This document shows, one piece after another, positions 46,975 to 58,969 of a stretch of 64,000 nucleotides of DNA. This stretch comes from Magallana gigas (taxonomy: Eukaryota). Position 1 is the first letter of the stretch. Each line of letters starts with the position of its first letter. Below the pieces are notes generated by a model. The model worked only from the letters and a program-made list of their open reading frames with translations, ran no database searches and was not told where the DNA came from. The stretch lies in contig NC_088853.1 of the NCBI RefSeq assembly GCF_963853765.1, positions 25,234,001 through 25,298,000 of the forward strand, read 5' to 3'. The translations under genes were made by a program, and so were the position numbers.

Positions 46975-47297
46975 GGTACCTCACTACACCCAGACTTATA
47001 CTTTTTAAGATACTACGTCACAAGATGACGTTATAACTGTTTTGTTAAATTAATTATATCTTTCGATTCAGATGTATATCGTCGTAGCTCAGTGGTTAAG
47101 GTAATGGGCTTCTGAATCGCAGATCATGAGTTTGAATCCGCCTGGAGTTTATGTTTACTGAATTAAATTTTTGAAAAAGAAATTTTTCATCCAAAATTGC
47201 ACATTCTTTTGCCTATTTGACTTAAATACTTCTTATCCATTATGGTATCTACCATAATTAAGTAATTTTCTGCTGATTTGAGCAGTGGTGAGCCACC
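46975..47297. mobile_element. Kolobok-like non-autonomous element
   Basis: TTAA|GGTACCTCAC...GTGAGCCACC|TTAA: TTAA on both sides, GG/CC termini, imperfect TIR. Confidence 0.6.
47078..47147 (+). other. tRNA-derived segment (Pol III A and B boxes) inside the Kolobok-like element
   Basis: TAGCTCAGTGG (A box), ttctgaa loop-like segment and GTTTGAATCC (B-box variant). The acceptor stem does not pair. Confidence 0.6.
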
Positions 47298-47688
47298 TTA
47301 AGCCGTCTACGATAAACCAAATAACGGAATACCTAAATTGCATCTGTAATGAGAGAGCTAAACCACTAAGTCGTAGGTTTCCTGGAAAAAGAATCTTAAA
47401 GTGGAGATGAAAAAGTTCCGATTTCAAAATATATTTTAACAAGAAATTAACAAAAATAATAACCACCAATGATATCAATGATGAAATGCAGATCAATTTA
47501 AAGGACAAGATATAGTCGTGTGTTTATTTCACGTCTTTTCTTTCAAATTGCGAGACATTGCTCTGGAGAGGGGGGATGACGGTTCGTAAATACACCAACT
47601 TCCAAATGGAATAAAATACTTTATTAATTTATCACTGAGTTTACGAAATCTACTTATCGCAGCTTCTCCCGTTTTTGAGAACCGTCGC

Positions 47689-48585
47689 AATTTGATATTT
47701 ATTGCGAATGCAGTCCTAAAATTATTTAACGTTCTATCTATTAATATTTATATTTTTTACTTCGCAAAATAAGTTGCTGCGAACCAGTTTATCTTGTGAT
47801 TTGCAAAATCAAGTTATTGCATTTAAATATTTGTTTACTACTGAAAATTTACAATGTAATCCTGACAGAAAAGTTTACAAAATTTGTGCTTTTTTTAACA
47901 ACAATATTAATTACCCAATGTCTATGTCTCACTATTTGGTGGGCATATATTAGGTGATATCTTGTGTTAGTGTTTCTTTTTTAATCCTTATGTATTCAGG
48001 TAGATCGTTACTGAAAATTTACAATGTAATCCTGACAGAAAAGTTTACAAAATTTGTGCTTTTTTTAACAACAATATTAATTACCCAATGTCTATGTCTC
48101 ACTATTTGGTGGGCATATATTAGGTGATATCTTGTGTTAGTGTTTCTTTTTTAATCCTTATGTATTCAGGTAGATCGTTACTTAAAATACAAACAAAAAT
48201 GTGCCTCTTTTAAGAATAAAAATTTGATATTTATTGCGAATGCAGTCCTAAAATTATTTAACGTTCTATCTATTAATATTTATATTTTTTACCTCGCAAA
48301 ATAAGTTGCTGCGAACCAGTTTATCTTGTGATTTGCAAAATCAAGTTATTGCATTTAAATATTTGTTTACTACTGAAAATTTACAATGTAATCCTGACAG
48401 AAAAGTTTACAAAATTTGTGCTTTTTTTAACAACAATATTAATTACCCAATGTCTATGTCTCACTATTTGGTGGGCATATATTAGGTGATATCTTGTGTT
48501 AGTGTTTCTTTTTTAATCCTTATGTATTCAGGTAGATCGTTACTTAAAATACAAACAAAAATGTGCCTCTTTTAAGAATAAAAAT
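47689..48585. repeat. Near-identical tandem duplication (Y-X-X-Z-Y-X-Z)
   Basis: X (170 bp) at 47840, 48010 and 48372; Y (~150 bp) at 47689 and 48222; Z (~42 bp) at 48180 and 48542. Confidence 0.92.
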
Positions 48586-49098
48586 GATATTGTAATTTGA
48601 TATTCTCTTAAAACGCTGAATAATGAAGGTTGCATACAGATCATGATTTATTTGAAAAAGTTATCCAAGTGAGACGCCTTGCATGTATCGTACATCTAAT
48701 TTTATCTTCTTTAAAGCCACAAACATTTATCAATAATACAGTGTAGCAAAATGATAAAAAAAAAAACAACCTGTAATTCAGAATTTCAGTTAGGTACCTT
48801 TAGCGAACGCCGTAGGTATTCATAATTCAAAAACCTGCGTAGAAATTTATAACAACAATAAAAGCAAGATTTGATTTCGAATTTCTGGTTTTCAAATGTT
48901 TGTGTATATCGACATCTCTCAATGGTGCGTAGTTTTCCTTTTGATGATGCTTAATCATAGTGTGAGGGTCAAAGTTTATAATATTCGAAATTACAAAAAA
49001 GCAGTCATAGTGAAACTTGTTGTTTGAACGAGTATTTTATTCAGTTTCTTGATCTAAACTCATGAAAGTGTCTCCAAAAGCAATGATTTTTCAGATTC

Positions 49099-49606
49099 CT
49101 ACGACGGGTGTACATCAAGTTTTCGCCTCTGTTGTGGTCTGTGGTTCACTGACCGTTGTATTGGGCGGCGCCCCTGTTGCTGTTTTCGTGGTAAATCTGG
49201 GTACCGTCGTTGGCGGTGTTGGTCTCGACCAGCCCACGAACTATTTTTTGTTTTAAAATACCTCCCTAAAGAAAATTAACACTTAATAACAGTCTCAGAA
49301 GCTATTGAATCTTATATAACCACATTAATGATTATAGATTATGTTAGATTAAAAGGACTGTTCGTTGATTACAGAGATACATTTAATATGGCTTTTTTTC
49401 TTGTTAAAAAACCCTCAAATAACATGCAGCAAGTTTTGACAATTTGAACATAAATAAAACAAGCTATTATATTTTCAAATTAAAAAAGTCACCATTTATA
49501 TGTAAATGCATTTACTATAACGACCCGGTGATATATCACAGCAGCATATAATGAAAATATAAAGGACGACGAAAAAACACACGATTGAAAATATCACTAG
49601 ATGCAT
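49099..49606 (-). CDS. Putative two-exon small secreted protein gene, copy 2 (exons 49516-49606 and 49099-49265)
   Basis: MHLVIFSIVCFFVVLYIFIICCCDISPGRY leader; A|GTAAAT donor; ttttctttag| acceptor. The spliced frame is open for 85 aa; the true frame is not certain. Confidence 0.4.
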
Positions 49607-50627
49607 CCTTGTTAGGTATGTGGTTATAAGATTTTGGGGAAATCTTCCCAAACAATGTAGTAATATAATCTTTTGATCACCGTCTAATAATATTGCCATG
49701 GTTGGTTAACTGCATCAAGGTTGTGGAAAATAAAAATGATATGCAATAAGGGCCCTCAGCTATAAGTACATTTTAACTACTGAAGAAACCTTAAAAACAA
49801 TCTTATATGTATGAAATCTGTGTTAAAATTAAGATATCGTTCTTTGTAGCTATATCATTGAAGTGGTTACAAGAGTTACAAATTACATCGTAAGTTAAGA
49901 TGAGAGATGGAGTATAATTGAAAAATGCGAGAAGCCCCAAAGGAAAATGGCATATCCTATTTCAATATCAGTTCCTGAATGCTGTAAGCAAAATCCCCCT
50001 CCCCCATCGGGAAATATAATCGTTCTTGAGGAAATTAATCTTCAAATCTTTGGGATATTCATTCGTTAAATTGTTTGTTATGCCGAAACAATGACAATGC
50101 AAGCATTTACAATACATGAGTTAAAAACAATATATCTGAAATTCATATTTACCTTAGTGACAATAATATTTTACAGATTCACAGATAAATAAAAACAAAA
50201 GTGTAATAACATTGAAATGTGTTTCCGATATGAAATGATGATGAAAAATAGCAACATATTTCAAAGATGAAATAAAAAACATTTGAACAGAAAAAAAATA
50301 TCTGGTAAAAATGTTTAATTTTTTAAGGCACTGGATCACTAATAATTTTTGAAAAAAAATATTTTACTGATAACAATACAATTACCAGAGAAAATCGGTC
50401 AAAAAATAATAAATCTTGTGGAGGATGTATCAACTTGATTCTGAGTGTTGACTTGGGTTTGATCGACTTCTAACTAGACGATCTGCAGATATGTGGTGCA
50501 TGAACGAGTTGCATATAATGGTTTCAGCTCAAAATCCTCCTCTTAAACATCGGATATATCCCCTTTATCCTGCAAGGGTGTTTGATGCTTCTCTATATTT
50601 TGATCACTTAGAAAGATTATGATTATG

Positions 50628-51051
50628 AAGCTGAACACCGCTCGTAAATAGGCACGGTCCGCCTGATTTCTCTTTCATCACTGTTGTCTCTATAACCTCT
50701 ATATAAGGCGCGTACCTCTTAATATTTCAAAGTTTTTCGCTGTAGAGGTCTTACCTGTACCTACATCTTGGCTCGCCGTGTAACTCGGTCGCGATGAAAT
50801 AATCACGTTTTACACACTTTTATTAGCCAGAAGAATACCAACATATGATAAATTGGTCAGTGCATTATTTACAAACAGTATATACATATAGAATAAGAAA
50901 TAGAAGCAAAAAAATCCAAAGACCATGACAGGAATCCTACACGTTGAGTACGAGTTTTAGATGTGCAACCGTGTAAAACCAAATCGGAGGGTTTATATAA
51001 CAGGTACTAGTACCGGTGTGACGGTGCCTATTTACGAGCGGTGTTCAGCTT
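50628..51051. mobile_element. MITE with 28-bp perfect TIR
   Basis: aagctgaacaccgctcgtaaataggcac / gtgcctatttacgagcggtgttcagctt. Confidence 0.8.
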
Positions 51052-51375
51052 TACGGACGACTCTGACTTGCGGCCTGAAACTTTCAAGATATGGCGCCAA
51101 CCTATTCACCCAACATCCAGGACTTATATACTTGTAACTGTCGGATTAATTTTTGTATTCGGGAGAAATGTTTCCTAACTTAGAGATGTCCGTCATGAAG
51201 TTAGACAATGTATTTTTTCAAACTGCCGAATTTAAATACCAGACTTTATCCTATTAATTTAAGACATCTCTTGGTTTCTGCTAAAAACCATTTCTGTCAG
51301 TCTTAAGTTTGCTGATGTACGTTTGGAAGGACAGAACGGGACAGTTGTTCTTTCCTGTTAAAAATGTACCATTTT

Positions 51376-52089
51376 TTAACCGGGTTTTCCAACGGAAAAA
51401 TCCGGTTATCAAAATGGCGGGCGGGCGGGCGGGCGGCTGCCAAAAGGGTACCCTCATTGTACGGATAACTCCTCCTACAGTTTTCAAGATAGGACGTTGT
51501 TCTTTTTCAGATTAGTTGTACATATATCAGAGGTGTGCATATTGCTAGGATTTTGATTTCCAATAATTTTTCGAAAACATACCAGCTTTTGAATTTAGTC
51601 ATTTTTTGGCAAAATATTGCATATAGGGAACCCTCATTGTACGGATAACTCCTCCTACGGTTCTCAAGATAGGAAGTTGTTCTTTTGCAGATCAATTGTA
51701 CATATATCAGAGGTGTGCATATTGCTAGGATTTTGATTTCTGATAATTAATCGAAAAAATACCAGCTTTTGAACTTAGTCATTTTTTGGCAAAGTGTTGC
51801 ATATAGGGTACCCTCATTGTACGGATTACTCCTCCTACAGTTCTCAAGATAGGAAATTGTTCTTTTGCAGATCAATTGTACATATATCAGAGGTGTGCAT
51901 ATTGCTAGGATTTTGATTTCCGATAATTCATGAAGAAAATACTAGCTTTTGAACTTAGTCATTTTTTGGCAAAATGTTGCATATACATGTAGGGTACTCC
52001 ATTTCACATAAGGGTTAACATGGATTATTGATACAGTTTACATAAAAGAAAACCCGGTTTTCTGTCACATTGACAGCTTTTCACTTGTT
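51376..52089 (-). mobile_element. Helentron-type element, family D (three 180-bp units)
   Basis: Same termini as 26529-27058; unit markers at 51446, 51626, 51806 and 51992. Confidence 0.88.
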
Positions 52090-53651
52090 TAAATGTTGAA
52101 ATAACACAAAAACATGATATCATTAAAATTTGATATGATTTAAAAAACAAAATCCGGTAGTCCGTACGTGTTCATTCGGCCTTGCGTAACGCCTTCCCCG
52201 GCGTGTGCCCTATATATAGTTTTTGTCCAGTTCCTTCATAAATTGGTACGCGTATTGCTTTCGATGTAATGTTTCCAGAATCTGAAAGTGTGAATGTTCT
52301 CCCGTCCCCGTCTGCACAGCTATAACATCCATCGATCCATCTTTTTTTCAGTGGTCCATACGGTGTAGTAGTGTCAAAAACAGGTGTGTTTTCTTTGTAA
52401 AGTTTCTTAAGGTCGTTTTACGATATTAGATCTCTTTTTTTGTAGGTTAGTGGTAACGGCTCTTGAACCCTCATTGCTTTCATAGAAATCTGGATCAGAT
52501 AAAATGTTAATACCACGTATTTCCTCAGATATGTTTTTGACCCGTACCTTATGTTTTGTACAGCTGTTTACTCAAATCTCTTCCCATTGGCTGTTTCTCC
52601 CACCGACTTACCACCGTTCAATTTTCTTTAGAATAATCCTCAATATATTTACATGACATAATAAATCCGTCGATTAAATAAAGTCTTTTTAACATTTAAG
52701 AGACAATGATCTCGTTTTTGTTGTTGTTGTTTTTTTTTTTGTTTTTTTTTTTTGTTTTGGCATTACTTTTGGATAAGAAATCATTAATTTACTATTCTTT
52801 TGGACGATGAAATCTTTTCTCCGTCATTAAAGTAAATATTACGTCTACTTCTTTTGTATTTTTTCTTTTAAACGAATGATAACTCGTACAAGGAAAGTGT
52901 ACGAGGTCTCCTAATGGGTTGACTATGTTACAAAAAATGACGATGTCAGGGAAATATGAAGTTTAATTGCCCAGGAACGTGACTATCTAGAACCAATCAT
53001 ATAACGCGTTATATAAGATAATCATATTAAGGTTTATTTTTTATTATTTATTTCGTTAATCTTTTAATCTGCTATTTTTAATTTGTATAATCCAATATTT
53101 CTATTGACTTTTTTTTAATATGAAAACAGGATCTGAATGACTCAGTCTATTTCCAGAATTCCATCACAACAGCTTTCATAGATACCTAAAATAAATACGA
53201 CTAACAACTGCATTTTACCTGTTCTTTGTTGTCAAACTTGTCCCGCAAATATATTAATCTTATAAAGTCAAGTAAAGTGAAAGCTGTGACCAGCCTTGTT
53301 CAAAAATAGGAAAAAAATATAAGGGGTATTATTCCCCTGTCAAAAGTATTTCAATTATATGGTACAAGTTAAGGCATGACGTCAAAAACGAATCGAAACA
53401 GTTTTCTTCCCTTTTCTTTCCAGAACTAAATCGCTATTATAAGTATGCGGTAATGCCATATGAGTTTTATTATCTAATTGGTTATTACACAATTGGACGG
53501 AAGAAATTTTAAATGAAGTGACAATGACTTATAAACACAACTGTGTATTTTAAAAATGCTTTAGATTGAAAATATAATACGGACAAGTAAATTTATTTCC
53601 CGATAGGCAACAGGCTAACTGCGTGTGCTCGGTCACATCGTGGATCCGAGT

Positions 53652-53733
53652 ATGATTTTATTATATAGCGCATCTGTTGAATGCAAATATTTTCTTTTTA
53701 TATGTTTTGGAGGAATGGTAACATGTGCTTATG
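53652..53733 (+). CDS. Receptor gene 2, signal-peptide exon
   Basis: MILLYSASVECKYFLFICFGGMVTCAY with TATG|GTGAGT donor, phase 1. Confidence 0.75.
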
Positions 53734-54122
53734 GTGAGTAAATATAATTCCCTTTCTTAAACCAGTATTCGTTTTCCCTTGTTTGAATTTTCTTTTGATA
53801 AGAATACTAACCAGATATTCTTATAGGAGACGTTTAGAGTTTGAATAAGCCAATGACATTAAACAACTTTCAAGACAATACTCTGGTTTCGTCAAAAGTT
53901 GATATGCTTCAAATTTCTTGTAACAATTGAAGATAGATTTATGATGGATTGCATGGATAGGCAAGCACATTTCACTGTTTGCAAAGTCTTAGGCATTAAG
54001 ATGACAATACCAATTTTCAACAGATTGTTTATAAAGTATAAATTGAATATAAATAAATACCTGTCAATTTCAAATTGAAAACAATTTACTAGTCTTACTC
54101 AATGTTGTAGGCCAGTCATCAG

Positions 54123-54362
54123 GAAATGTTGCTCTCTACAAACCTGCTTTTCAACAATATCTATTCACTACAAAAGTAAATGCGAGCAGATTTTACGCCA
54201 GCAATGCTTTAGATGGGTTGATTTCCGATCTAAGTGCCCTTGGAGGCCAATGTACTATTTCAGCCAATAACAAAAGCACTGCCACCTGGTGGGTTGACCT
54301 CACACGTCTCGCAAATATCGATCGCATTAAAATCTATCACAGAACAGATAATTTGGTGTGGG
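54123..54362 (+). CDS. Receptor gene 2 (MEGF10/CED-1-like), F-type-lectin-like domain, N-terminal half (alternative acceptor at 54111)
   Basis: NVALYKPAFQQ...ASNALDG...GGQCTIS...ATWWVDL...IKIYHRTD; donor |gtaagt; phase 1-1. Confidence 0.9.
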
Positions 54363-54504
54363 GTAAGTATCCATTCTTTGGCAAGAATCTACATATTAGG
54401 TTTGAAAGCTTTTATCGTCACTTAACATAATTATTTCTTTAAGTTTTCCAGATCTTGATATGTGTTTTCTTTAATCCAAGATGCATTGCCGATCAGACCC
54501 AATC

Positions 54505-54830
54505 TAACACCAGAGTAAACTGCAACTATTCCCCGGGTTTTCTTTTGGGGGCTTATTTTGGGTTTACTTTTTGAAAATGTGTCTAGTTTAGGTTGACTCT
54601 GGGTCCACACCGGGTTTACTTTGGGTTAACTCGCGGATTGCTCTTTGGGTTCTATTGAATGAAGCAGACCAGTCTTATCTAATAACTTACTGTCAGTAAT
54701 TCCCATCCTTTGTATATCCCAAATACATATGTAGCGTCTGCCTCAAGGTTTTCTTCTGATCGGGGTTTACTCTCTTGATTTGCTTTCAGTTTACTCTGGG
54801 TCTGGTCTAGTAGACCCTAGAAGGAATCTC
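54505..54830. repeat. Intronic element built from gggtttactc-like short repeats
   Basis: Recurrent ggtttact motif; 13-bp IR ccagagtaaactg / cagtttactctgg. Confidence 0.4.
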
Positions 54831-55029
54831 ACGGTTAAGTTGAAGTCTACTTTCTGCTAGGTTGAATCTGATTAGGAGTAACCATGTTAACGTTATCTTG
54901 TTCGAAATGACACCAGCATACTGTAATATCACGCACGGTGTATTTGTGTTTTAAAATGTGTCATACAATATAAAATTTGACTATGTTAATTTCCAAATTG
55001 ATTTATTAAATGCTTTAATTTTGATATAG

Positions 55030-55284
55030 ATTCATCTAATGGCTATACCTCTAGGTTCTTGGGATTTTCTGTGTATGTCTCAAATACCACCTCTATATCA
55101 GATGGAACACTGTGTTTTAAGGATGATTCTTTTAATATAAGTACAATACCTGAAGTTTTTAATACCACCTGCAATATCTATGGACAATATGTAATTTTCT
55201 ACAATGAGAGACTACCAGGCGTTGCGTATCCAAAGGATTATTCTACATTTGCATTTGCTGATATCTGTGAATTTGAAGTATATG
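55030..55284 (+). CDS. Receptor gene 2, F-type-lectin-like domain, C-terminal half
   Basis: atatag| and |gtaagt sites; 255 bp; SRFLGFSVYVSNTT...CFKD...GQYVIFYNER...DICEFEVYG. Confidence 0.92.
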
Positions 55285-56239
55285 GTAAGTGTCTTACTTT
55301 GAGTGACAGAAAATAAGTAAAATAATGTAATGTATAAAATAAAGGAAAAAGGAACATTAGTCCCTTAATACTACATGTAGCTGCAATAATGTAACCCTCT
55401 CCGATTTTTTATTTCTTATGTTTTTTGGAGAGGGCTTCAATTCCATTAGATCTCCGTAATGGTGCAAATTATCTTTAAACAAACTGACCGTATATAAATC
55501 AAAACCACATAAACTACACCAGAAGGTTTACCAGTCCTCTTCATCAGCAGCCATGACAGTTCTTGCGTGATTTCAAGGGAATTTACGCTTGGAGTTTTGA
55601 TGGATTTGATAAAGTAAATGTCAGTGTGAATAAGCGATCTTACCTCATTCTATAACTAAAATATCGAAAAGGTGAATCGTGGAAATTTCATATTTCCCCC
55701 GTTATTTATGTTTAAAATTCTTAGAACTACTATACTCAGTTAAAGACCCGCTCCTGAATTTTCTTTGTCTGCCCCCCCCCCCCCCCCCCCAAAAAAAAAA
55801 AAAAAAAAACGATCAAAATCAGTTAATATGGGGGAAAACGTTCAACCTGTGTTGTTGACATACACGAAAAATATCAGACATGTGGACTACTTTTGATATT
55901 TTTGGATTATATTATGCCATACAGAGCTACAATGTTTAAGTTCAGGTAAGAAATGCAAAATTTATTGTATGTAAACACGATTGGGCCGAAATCAGCGCAA
56001 GAGTGATTCACTTCCACACGTGCACCATTACGGAGATCNNNNNNNNNNNNNNNNNNNNNNNNNNNNNNNNNNNNNNNNNNNNNNNNNNNNNNNNNNNNNN
56101 NNNNNNNNNNNNNNNNNNNNNNNNNNNNNNNNNNNNNNNNNNNNNNNNNNNNNNNNNNNNNNNNNNTAGTGTCTTCACAACGACCAATATAGTTGTATTG
56201 ATAATTAACATTTTTTTCCTCTTTTTTTTTAATTCAAAG

Positions 56240-56377
56240 AATGCGACATTGGATATTTTGGGGATAATTGTACCGAGGAATGTGGTCATTGTATCGACGG
56301 TACGCTGTGTTCTAGCGTGGATGGAACGTGTACGTCTGGATGTAGTGCTGGATACACTGGTAATCTGTGTAACAGAG
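56240..56377 (+). CDS. Receptor gene 2, EGF-like exon
   Basis: 138 bp, phase 1-1; ECDIGYFGDNCTEECGHCIDGTLCSSVDGTCTSGCSAGYTGNLC. Confidence 0.9.
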
Positions 56378-56899
56378 GTAACCACTTATTATTTTTTAAA
56401 AATAATTCTTAATGTAAATATAATAATACAATGACACAATACAATATATTATTTGGGATTTTTAGAAAACCTTTTTAATAAACAAGCTCACATACCCCCC
56501 TCCCCCTAAACTGCCCCCCCCCCCCCCCGTACTTGATGTTTCACACATATTGCATAGCAGGTATGAATAAAATTCAAACAGGTTTTTGACTCTGATATGT
56601 AGACAACTTCCAGAATAATATCACATCAAAACTTCCTAGAAGCAACGTTTCTAGTTTCGAAGTTCCTAACTTCTCAGATAAATAACGATATAGGAGTTTT
56701 GTAGTAAAATGTACATCTAATTACCTACAGAGTAACACAAATATATAGCAAGCACTCTACGTTTAAAACCACCAAACTCCTACAAAAATTGAAAAAAAGG
56801 TAATATGCAAATCTTTCCAATAAAATTTGTTGCATCCTAAGACTGACGTGTCAAAACCATTTAAACATCGCAGCTTGTTAGGCAGAGTATAAAAATATA

Positions 56900-57039
56900 C
56901 AGTTGTTGACCGGGGTCGAGGGCAACAGTTGATTTGTTTGACCGGCTCACAAACTGTTGCCCAAGGCCAGAGGCCGTGGGCAACAGTTTGCGAGCCGGTC
57001 CGACAGATCAGCTGTTGCCTGAGACACAGTCAACAACTG
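56900..57039. repeat. 140-bp intronic palindrome with GGCC-AGA-GGCC apex
   Basis: Arms 56900-56910/57029-57039 are perfect; 56921-56963/56977-57019 match at 38 of 43. Confidence 0.9.
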
Positions 57040-57234
57040 TTTTGTTATACCCTTCTAATCAATGACACGTTTTTTGCGGAATATGACGTCACCGGTCAAC
57101 AGTTTTTTTTAACACTCGATTTTAACAGTTCCAATCCCTCTGTTCCAGTCCAACAGTCAAAATGCTGGACTTTTTTTCGTATAGAATTATATAGTAACTG
57201 TTTTACAAGGGTATAACAATATTTTATGTTGTAG

Positions 57235-57372
57235 AATGCGCTAGAGGAAGCTACGGTTTGAACTGTAACGAGACCTGTGGTCATTGTTCTGATCTTTTGT
57301 ATTGCTCAAAAGTAAACGGCACGTGTCTTACTGGTTGCAAGCCGGGATTTGAAGGAGAACGATGCCAAAAAG
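57235..57372 (+). CDS. Receptor gene 2, EGF-like exon
   Basis: gttgtag| and |gttaag sites; 138 bp; ECARGSYGLNCNETCGHC.... Confidence 0.92.
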
Positions 57373-57493
57373 GTTAAGTTAGCACATCCATTGAATTAGT
57401 ATATCTTAATGTATAAAAAAAATCTAATTTAACTCAAAGAGTTATTGATAAAAATATCATTATTTTAGGAGTATTTCTCAACGCATTATATAG

Positions 57494-57614
57494 TCTGCAA
57501 GTGTAGGTACTGTGCTGTGGATTTTTTGTTATTGTCGTTATGCAAAACATGTGATTGTTTTTTCCAGGTGCCTGTTGTTAATGAATGAAAGAGAGGTTGA
57601 TGCTTGCTTTGATG
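57494..57614 (+). pseudogene. Decayed pseudo-exon copy of the 58309-58449 EGF exon
   Basis: tag|tctgcaagtgtaggtactgtg...ttgctttgatg|gtcag parallels tag|cctgcaagtttgggtactatg...ttgctttgatg|gttag; 121 bp with an in-frame stop. Confidence 0.75.
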
Positions 57615-58043
57615 GTCAGATGATTATTGATTAAACATAAACATGATTTATAAAAACAAATTTTCAACATTGTTTTCTCTTCCCACTACAAACATTTAAG
57701 CCACAAACTTCTTAACAACTAAAAGCATTTATTGTACATGCCTTTTCTGTGTGGACAATCGCTCTTTGATTTTTGCAATTATTTAAAGATACATTAAAAG
57801 TAAGCATTCATTGGAAGTTTGGATATTGCTCGATAAAGGGTCAATTACCAAAATACAGTTTTCGAACGAAATAACATTAAACATAATTCTAATATTGCGC
57901 TGTCTATGCAATTTTGTACATACTGCAGTTTAAGAAAAGATGCGTTTAAAAATAGGACTAACTGATTGTCTGACGGCTCAAAAACAGAACAGGATATCCA
58001 TCACAACTTGTTACGTAAAGTATAAAAATCATTTATGTTGTAG

Positions 58044-58181
58044 AATGCGCAAGTGGAAACTACGGTTTGAAATGTAATGAGACCTGTGGACATTGCTTTG
58101 ATCTATTGTATTGCTCCCATGTCAACGGCAAGTGTCTGACTGGGTGTATGCCAGGATATGAAGGCCAGCTATGCAGCAGAG
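58044..58181 (+). CDS. Receptor gene 2, EGF-like exon (paralog of 57235-57372)
   Basis: 138 bp; ECASGNYGLKCNETCGHCFDLLYCSHVNGKC.... Confidence 0.92.
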
Positions 58182-58308
58182 GTAAAACTGGCATATACAT
58201 TAAATAAGTGTTTGTAAATGTTAAACATATCAATACAACAATAACTAATTAAAATAAATTTTCCAAAAATTATCATTAATTCTGCGTATCCTTCAACCTT
58301 TTCTGTAG

Positions 58309-58449
58309 CCTGCAAGTTTGGGTACTATGGAATTGATTGCCTTCAAGAGTGTAGCAGCTTTTGCAAGACATCGCGTGACTGTAACCACCTGACTGGTGTA
58401 TGTAAGGGTGGCTGTAGAGATGGATGGCAGGGTGGTGATTGCTTTGATG
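58309..58449 (+). CDS. Receptor gene 2, last EGF-like exon
   Basis: 141 bp; ACKFGYYGIDCLQECSSFCKTSRDCNHLTGVCKGGCRDGWQGGDCFD. Confidence 0.92.
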
Positions 58450-58752
58450 GTTAGTTGTTTGAAGAAGTAAAGCTAAACATAACCCACAAAAGAGACAATT
58501 CGCCATGTTTCTGTATCATTTCAATTATCCCTTTAACCCCTGACTTCCTAACACCTGCATATGTATCCCTGTACATGACTCACCTGCGAAGTATTCTTAC
58601 ATCAATTTTCTTTGATAGTAGTTTTAATGAAGCCAGAAAAAATATTTTTATATTCTGTATAGCATTAGGAATCATAAAATCCATAAAAACGTGAAGAAGA
58701 AAACGCAGCGTAAGCAATACCTGTACTATATGCTGGCCTTGGTGTCCAATTA

Positions 58753-58969
58753 CTGTGGAATGATAAAAATTCGTGAGGGCCAATTTCCGTAGATTGCTTG
58801 ATTTTTACTGGTTCGTGGGGACGTAATTTCTTGTGTTATTTTACGCCTGCAAAAGGAAATATGACTTTATAACTCTAATTTATTAATTCATGGAGGATGT
58901 TAATTCGTAAATGAGGTACCCACGAATTCCAAAACAATTTAGCCATCACGAAAGCAAATGATTCCACAG
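58753..58969. mobile_element. TA-flanked MITE
   Basis: TA|CTGTGGAAT...ATTCCACAG|TA. Confidence 0.8.

Noticed and set aside
47078-47147. Functional tRNA gene
   Set aside because: Acceptor and anticodon stems do not pair and the B box is mutated; kept only as tRNA-derived.
55515-55555. Possible hammerhead ribozyme (minus-strand CTGATGA)
   Set aside because: No stem II followed by GAAA at the required position; other CTGATGA sites inspected also lacked it.
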